Of a DNA stretch of 64,000 nucleotides, positions 59,511 to 64,000 are shown one piece after another (position 1 is the first letter of the stretch; each line of letters begins with the position of its first letter). The notes beneath the pieces were generated by a model that searched no databases, was not told the DNA's origin, and saw only the letters and a program-made list of their open reading frames with translations. Source of the DNA: Clostridium sp. (GTDB lineage: Bacteria > Bacillota > Clostridia > Lachnospirales > Lachnospiraceae); the NCBI GenBank assembly GCA_023664385.1, contig JAMPFU010000012.1, positions 12,117 through 76,116 of the forward strand, given 5' to 3'. Position numbers and translations under genes: made by a program.

Positions 59511-60020
59511 TTAGTTAAGAATCTCATCTAAAGATTTGCTGCGAAGCTTTGCAACTTCCTCAGGAGACTTAATCTCAGCAAGTCCTGCGATAGTAGCAAG
59601 AACAACATTCTGCTTATTATTTGAACCTAAGGACTTTGTACGGATATTCTTGTAGCCTGCAAGCTCAAGTACAGAACGGGCAGGACCACCTGCAATAATA
59701 CCAGTACCCTTTGGAGAAGACTTAAGCAATACCTTCGCACTGCCGAAGCTGCCTTCCCAATCATAAGGAATACTTCCGTTCTCATTAATTTTAACCTTAA
59801 CTAATTTTTTGATTGCGTCCTCTTTACCCTTGCGGATGGCTTCCGGAATTTCCGCAGCCTTTCCTACGCCGGCGCCTACATGACCGTTTTTGTCTCCGAC
59901 AACCACAAGAGCAGCAAATCTCATGTTACGTCCGCCCTTAACAACTTTAGTAACACGCTTAATGTTTACAACATTTTCTTCTAATTCTAACTTACTCGCA
60001 TCTATGATTTCATGCTTCAT
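59511..60020 (-). CDS. rpsE: 30S ribosomal protein S5
   Basis: The start '[15 protein letters not shown]' at 60020 follows AAGGAGGAA. The ORF-track start at 60071 would overlap rplR. Confidence 0.95.
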   Translation of the reverse strand: MKHEIIDASKLELEENVVNIKRVTKVVKGGRNMRFAALVVVGDKNGHVGAGVGKAAEIPEAIRKGKEDAIKKLVKVKINENGSIPYDWEGSFGSAKVLLKSSPKGTGIIAGGPARSVLELAGYKNIRTKSLGSNNKQNVVLATIAGLAEIKSPEEVAKLRSKSLDEILN

Positions 60021-60039
60021 ATGTCGCTTTTCCTCCTTA

Positions 60040-60408
60040 TTAGAATTCCAATCCAGCTTCTCTTGCTGCATCTGCTAATGCCTTAATCTTACCATGATAA
60101 ACAAATCCGCCTCTGTCAAAAACAACTGTCGTTATTCCTGCGTCAAGGGCTCTTTTTGCTATAACCTTTCCAAGATAAGCAGCCGCTGCCACATCATTTG
60201 TCTTCTCAAGCTCAGCCTTTACATCCTTCTGAACAGTGGAAGCAGACACTAAAGTATGTCCAGCCGTATCATCAATAATCTGAGCGTACATATGATTATT
60301 ACTTCTGAATACTGCTAAACGAGGTCTTGCTGCTGTGCCGCTGAAACGGTTACGAACTCTTAAATGCTTTTTAACACGTCTAACGCTTCTTGATTCTTTA
60401 TTAATCAT
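60040..60408 (-). CDS. rplR: 50S ribosomal protein L18
   Basis: Sequence pattern. Confidence 0.95.
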   Translation of the reverse strand: MINKESRSVRRVKKHLRVRNRFSGTAARPRLAVFRSNNHMYAQIIDDTAGHTLVSASTVQKDVKAELEKTNDVAAAAYLGKVIAKRALDAGITTVVFDRGGFVYHGKIKALADAAREAGLEF

Positions 60409-60426
60409 CTCATTAACACTCCTTAA

Positions 60427-60966
60427 TTATTTCTTACCGGTCTTACCAACCTTACGTCTGATAACCTCATAATCGTACTTGATACCCTTGCCCTTATATG
60501 GTTCAGGAGCTCTCTTTTCTCTTATTTCGGCTGCGTACTGTCCAACCTTTTCTTTATCAATACCACTTACAACAATCTTATTTCCGTCAACGGTAGTGGA
60601 AATTCCCTCAGGATCAGACATCTCTACCGGATGTGAATATCCAAGAGAAAGCGTAAGCTTGCTGCCCTGCTTTGCTGCCCTGTAACCAACTCCGTTTACC
60701 TCAAGCGTCTTTGTATATCCTTCCGTAACACCAACAACCATGTTGTTAATCAGTGTTCTTGTAAGACCGTGAAGTGATTTCATTTTCTTTAAATCGTTTG
60801 GCCTTTTTACTAAAATTTCCTCACCCTCTTTGGTGATTTCCATTTCAGCAGGGAGCACTCTCTCAAGAGTTCCCTTTGGTCCCTTTACAGTCACCTTATT
60901 ATTTTCTGCTATATCAACAGTAACACCTGCCGGTACAGCGATAGGCATTCTTCCAATTCGTGACAT
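60427..60966 (-). CDS. rplF: 50S ribosomal protein L6
   Basis: Sequence pattern. Confidence 0.95.
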   Translation of the reverse strand: MSRIGRMPIAVPAGVTVDIAENNKVTVKGPKGTLERVLPAEMEITKEGEEILVKRPNDLKKMKSLHGLTRTLINNMVVGVTEGYTKTLEVNGVGYRAAKQGSKLTLSLGYSHPVEMSDPEGISTTVDGNKIVVSGIDKEKVGQYAAEIREKRAPEPYKGKGIKYDYEVIRRKVGKTGKK

Positions 60967-61001
60967 TTCGCCTTATCCTCCTTATAATTTTTAATGTGCA
61001 T

Positions 61002-61403
61002 TTACCAAATGAAAGCAAGCACTTCTCCGCCGACATTCTGCTTTCTTGCTTCCTTATCAGTAAGCACACCCTTGTTCGTTGAAATGATAGCTGTTCCAAG
61101 TCCTCCAAGAACCTTTGGAAGCTCATCCTTTGATGCGTACACACGAAGTCCCGGCTTAGAAATTCTTTTCAGTCCGGTAAGTACCTTCTCGTTCTTGTTT
61201 GCACCATATTTCAGTGTAACTCTTATCGTCTTGAAGTTTCCTTCCTCAACAACGTCAACTGCCTTAACATATCCCTCGTTAAGAAGAATATCCGCAATCG
61301 CCAGCTTCATCTTAGATGCCGGTATATCTACTGTATCATGTTTTGCAGTATTTGCATTACGAATTCTTGTAAGCATATCTGCAATTGGATCGCTCATTGA
61401 CAT
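61002..61403 (-). CDS. rpsH: 30S ribosomal protein S8
   Basis: The start '[17 protein letters not shown]' at 61403 follows TAGGAGGC. Confidence 0.95.
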   Translation of the reverse strand: MSMSDPIADMLTRIRNANTAKHDTVDIPASKMKLAIADILLNEGYVKAVDVVEEGNFKTIRVTLKYGANKNEKVLTGLKRISKPGLRVYASKDELPKVLGGLGTAIISTNKGVLTDKEARKQNVGGEVLAFIW

Positions 61404-61439
61404 AATTCTTTTGCCTCCTATATTATTTAGAAATTGCAA

Positions 61440-61625
61440 TTACCAACTTGACTTCTTAACGCCAGGTATCTGTCCCTTATATGCTAACTCACGGAAGCAG
61501 ATTCTGCAAATTCCGTATTTTCTCAAATATGCATGTGGACGACCACATATCTTACAGCGGGTGTACTCTCTTGTTGAAAACTTCTGAGCACGCTGCTGTT
61601 TAACCTTCATTGATGTTTTTGCCAT
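61440..61625 (-). CDS. rpsN: 30S ribosomal protein S14 (type Z, zinc-binding; 61 aa)
   Basis: '[23 protein letters not shown]'. Confidence 0.95.
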   Translation of the reverse strand: MAKTSMKVKQQRAQKFSTREYTRCKICGRPHAYLRKYGICRICFRELAYKGQIPGVKKSSW

Positions 61626-61639
61626 GTTAATCCCTCCTA

Positions 61640-62179
61640 TTACTTCTTAAATGGCATACCGAAAAGAGTTAATAATTCGCGGGCTTCCTCGTCAGTATTT
61701 GCCGTAGTGACAAATATAACGTCCATACCTCTTACCTTATCAATCTTATCGTACTCGATTTCCGGGAAAATAAGCTGCTCCTTAATGCCAAGCGCATAGT
61801 TTCCTCTGCCGTCAAATGCATTAGGATTAACACCTCTGAAGTCACGTACACGTGGAAGTGCAAGGTTTACAAGTCTGTCAGTAAACTCATACATCTTTTC
61901 GCCACGAAGTGTAACCTTGCATCCGATAGGCATTCCCTCTCTAAGCTTGAAGTTTGCAACCGACTTCTTTGCTCTTGTAACAACAGCCTTCTGACCTGTT
62001 ATAATCTCTAAATCCTTTATAGCTGCATCAAGCACCTTAGCATTCTCTCTTGCCTCACCAACACCCATGTTGATAACAATCTTCTCAAGCTTTGGCACCT
62101 GCATAACATTTTTATATCCGAACTTTTTTGTCATAGCATCTTTAATCTCGTTGCTATACATATCCTTAAGTCTGCTCAA
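61640..62179 (-). CDS. rplE: 50S ribosomal protein L5
   Basis: Sequence pattern. Confidence 0.95.
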   Translation of the reverse strand: MSRLKDMYSNEIKDAMTKKFGYKNVMQVPKLEKIVINMGVGEARENAKVLDAAIKDLEIITGQKAVVTRAKKSVANFKLREGMPIGCKVTLRGEKMYEFTDRLVNLALPRVRDFRGVNPNAFDGRGNYALGIKEQLIFPEIEYDKIDKVRGMDVIFVTTANTDEEARELLTLFGMPFKK

Positions 62180-62206
62180 AATCCTATGCCTCCTTTCTTA
62201 GTATTC

Positions 62207-62524
62207 CTAGTCAATAGCCTCAAGCTTACCATTTACCTTGGCAGCTCTCGTCTTGTCTTTCTTCTCACCTATAAAACCGATTCTAACTGGTTTACCCTTA
62301 TAAAGGTACATTACGTTAGATATATCAATAGGCGCTTCCTTGTCAATAATTCCGCCCTGCTGATTCTGCATGCTCGGCTTACTGTGTCTGTGAACAATAT
62401 TAACACCCTCAACAAGCACCTTATTATTTTTAGTATCAACTGCTAATACTTTTCCTTCTTTGCCTTTATCCTTACCGGCAATTACTCTGACGAGATCATC
62501 TTTTTTTATTTTCGTTGTTGCCAC
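62207..62524 (-). CDS. rplX: 50S ribosomal protein L24
   Basis: Sequence pattern. Confidence 0.95.
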   Translation of the reverse strand: MATTKIKKDDLVRVIAGKDKGKEGKVLAVDTKNNKVLVEGVNIVHRHSKPSMQNQQGGIIDKEAPIDISNVMYLYKGKPVRIGFIGEKKDKTRAAKVNGKLEAID

Positions 62525-62536
62525 AGTCTCTACCTC

Positions 62537-62905
62537 CTATAATACTTCCGGTGCAAGAGAAACAATCTTCATAAACTTCTTATCACGAAGCTCTCTTGCA
62601 ACAGGTCCAAATATACGGGTTCCTCTTGGGTTTCCGTCTTCCTTTATGATAACTGCTGCATTCTCATCAAACTTGATGTAGGAACCGTCCTTACGGCGTG
62701 CGCCCTTCTTAGAACGTACTACTACGGCCTTTACAACGTCACCCTTCTTTACAACTCCGCCCGGCGTTGCATCCTTAACGGAGGCAACTATGATATCGCC
62801 GATGTTTGCATATCTTCTGGTTGAACCGCCTAATACTCTGATGCAGAGAAGCTCCTTAGCACCTGTATTGTCGGCAACCTTAAGTCTTGTTTCCTGCTGA
62901 ACCAT
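62537..62905 (-). CDS. rplN: 50S ribosomal protein L14
   Basis: Sequence pattern. Confidence 0.95.
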   Translation of the reverse strand: MVQQETRLKVADNTGAKELLCIRVLGGSTRRYANIGDIIVASVKDATPGGVVKKGDVVKAVVVRSKKGARRKDGSYIKFDENAAVIIKEDGNPRGTRIFGPVARELRDKKFMKIVSLAPEVL

Positions 62906-62919
62906 TGCTTATGCCTCCT

Positions 62920-63174
62920 TTACTTCGCTTTCTCAATTATCTCAACAAGTCTCCATCTCTTATCCTTTGAAAGTGGTCTTGTTTCCATAACTTTTACTCT
63001 ATCGCCAATCCTGCACTCATTTTTCTCATCATGAGCCTTCAACTTGTAAGTTCTCTTTACAATCTTACCGTAAAGAGGATGCTTTACATTGTCAACGATT
63101 GAAACAACAATTGTCTTATCCATTTTATCACTTGTAACTAAGCCTACACGTGTTTTTCTAAGATTTCTGTCCAC
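62920..63174 (-). CDS. rpsQ: 30S ribosomal protein S17
   Basis: Sequence pattern. Confidence 0.95.
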   Translation of the reverse strand: MDRNLRKTRVGLVTSDKMDKTIVVSIVDNVKHPLYGKIVKRTYKLKAHDEKNECRIGDRVKVMETRPLSKDKRWRLVEIIEKAK

Positions 63175-63197
63175 AATAATTCCTCCTTTTACGATAA

Positions 63198-63398
63198 TTA
63201 GTTAGCCTTTTGGGCTATTATAGTCTGTATTCTGGCGATGTTTCTTCTGACATCCTTAATTCTGCTTGTATTCTCTAGCTGATTAGTGGCATTCTGGAAT
63301 CTCAAGTTGAATAATTCCTTCTTAGCAGCTACTAAATCGCTCTGTAATTCTTCAAGTGATTTTGCCTTTAATTCTTCTTTATATTCTTTCAGCTTCAC
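63198..63398 (-). CDS. rpmC: 50S ribosomal protein L29
   Basis: Sequence pattern. Confidence 0.95.
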   Translation of the reverse strand: MKLKEYKEELKAKSLEELQSDLVAAKKELFNLRFQNATNQLENTSRIKDVRRNIARIQTIIAQKAN

Positions 63399-63400
63399 TG

Positions 63401-63835
63401 CTATTTACCTCCTTCGCTGGCTTCTAAGTCTGCCTTTGACACGATCTTACACTTCAACGGAAGCTTGTGTGTCGCAAGACGGAGTGCCTCCTTTGCAGTC
63501 TCCTCAGGAACACCTGCAATCTCAAAAAGCACCCTTCCCGGCTTAACAACTGCAACCCAGTATTCAAGCGAACCCTTACCGGAACCCATACGGGTCTCAG
63601 CAGGCTTAGCTGTTACCGGCTTATCAGGGAAAATCTTTATCCAAACCTTACCATTACGCTTTACATAACGTGTCATGGCAATACGGGCAGCCTCAATCTG
63701 ATTTGACTTAATCCATGCAGGCTCCATAGCCACAATACCATACTCACCATTTGTTATTTTATTTCCTCTAAGCGCCTTACCCTTCATAGAGCCTCTAAAC
63801 TGCTTACGACGCTTAACTCTCTTAGGCATTAACAT
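63401..63835 (-). CDS. rplP: 50S ribosomal protein L16
   Basis: Sequence pattern. Its ATG overlaps the rpsC stop (TAATG). Confidence 0.95.
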   Translation of the reverse strand: MLMPKRVKRRKQFRGSMKGKALRGNKITNGEYGIVAMEPAWIKSNQIEAARIAMTRYVKRNGKVWIKIFPDKPVTAKPAETRMGSGKGSLEYWVAVVKPGRVLFEIAGVPEETAKEALRLATHKLPLKCKIVSKADLEASEGGK

Positions 63836-64000
63836 TATTTATCGCTCCCTTCCTTATTTTCCTTAGTAGGAAGTATCTCTCCATGGTAAATCCATGTCTT
63901 AACACCAACTTTACCGTATGTTGTATCTGCCTCAGCAAACCCGTAGTCAATATCAGCACGGAGCGTCTGGAGCGGTATTGTACCCTCGCTGTAAAACTCT
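63835..64000 (-). CDS. rpsC: 30S ribosomal protein S3, C-terminal fragment (5' end outside the window)
   Basis: Manual translation of the 3' end gives ...[10 protein letters not shown]. Its position upstream of rplP fits. Confidence 0.8.
   Translation of the reverse strand, partial: EFYSEGTIPLQTLRADIDYGFAEADTTYGKVGVKTWIYHGEILPTKENKEGSDK

Overview
This 64-kb window reads as chromosomal DNA from an AT-rich, spore-forming Firmicute, probably a Clostridia or Lachnospiraceae-like organism. Gene order follows the Bacillus subtilis map in two long blocks. One block is hup-yabO-yabP-yabQ-divIC-like-spoIIE-tilS-hpt-ftsH. The other is rpsC..rplP-rpmC-rpsQ-rplN-rplX-rplE-rpsN-rpsH-rplF-rplR-rpsE-rpmD-rplO-secY-adk-map-infA-rpmJ-rpsM-rpsK-rpsD-rpoA-rplQ-ecfA-ecfT-truA-rplM-rpsI. 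Almost every gene lies on the minus strand.

Housekeeping content includes the ribosomal-protein S10/spc/alpha operon tail, uvrB/uvrA with a Cheo-type LexA box, spoIIE and spoVT, a class II fructose-bisphosphate aldolase, and a GH13 alpha-glucosidase/neopullulanase-like gene. Accessory content includes a YhgE/Pip + MMPL + TetR unit, an ABC transporter operon next to a hybrid histidine kinase, a Fic protein, a DUF4143-type AAA ATPase, an Rpn/YhgA-like PD-(D/E)XK protein, a CAP-domain secreted protein, a RelE/ParE toxin-antitoxin pair, and a candidate type I toxin-antitoxin pair.

The most unusual locus is at the left edge (1..8880). It is a tightly packed five-gene minus-strand operon: a small 2-TM membrane protein, a membrane-anchored vWA/solute-binding-like protein, a 524-aa protein, a 237-aa protein, and a very large MukB/JetC-like coiled-coil ATPase of at least 1397 aa that runs out of the window. 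Its gene order and sizes resemble MukF-MukE-MukB or JetA-JetB-JetC. The vWA and membrane genes, and a Walker B motif whose catalytic glutamate appears replaced by asparagine, do not fit either described system. A recoded or interrupted lipoprotein gene is also present.

GC-rich hairpin repeats recur in intergenic regions. No rRNA, tRNA or CRISPR array was found.
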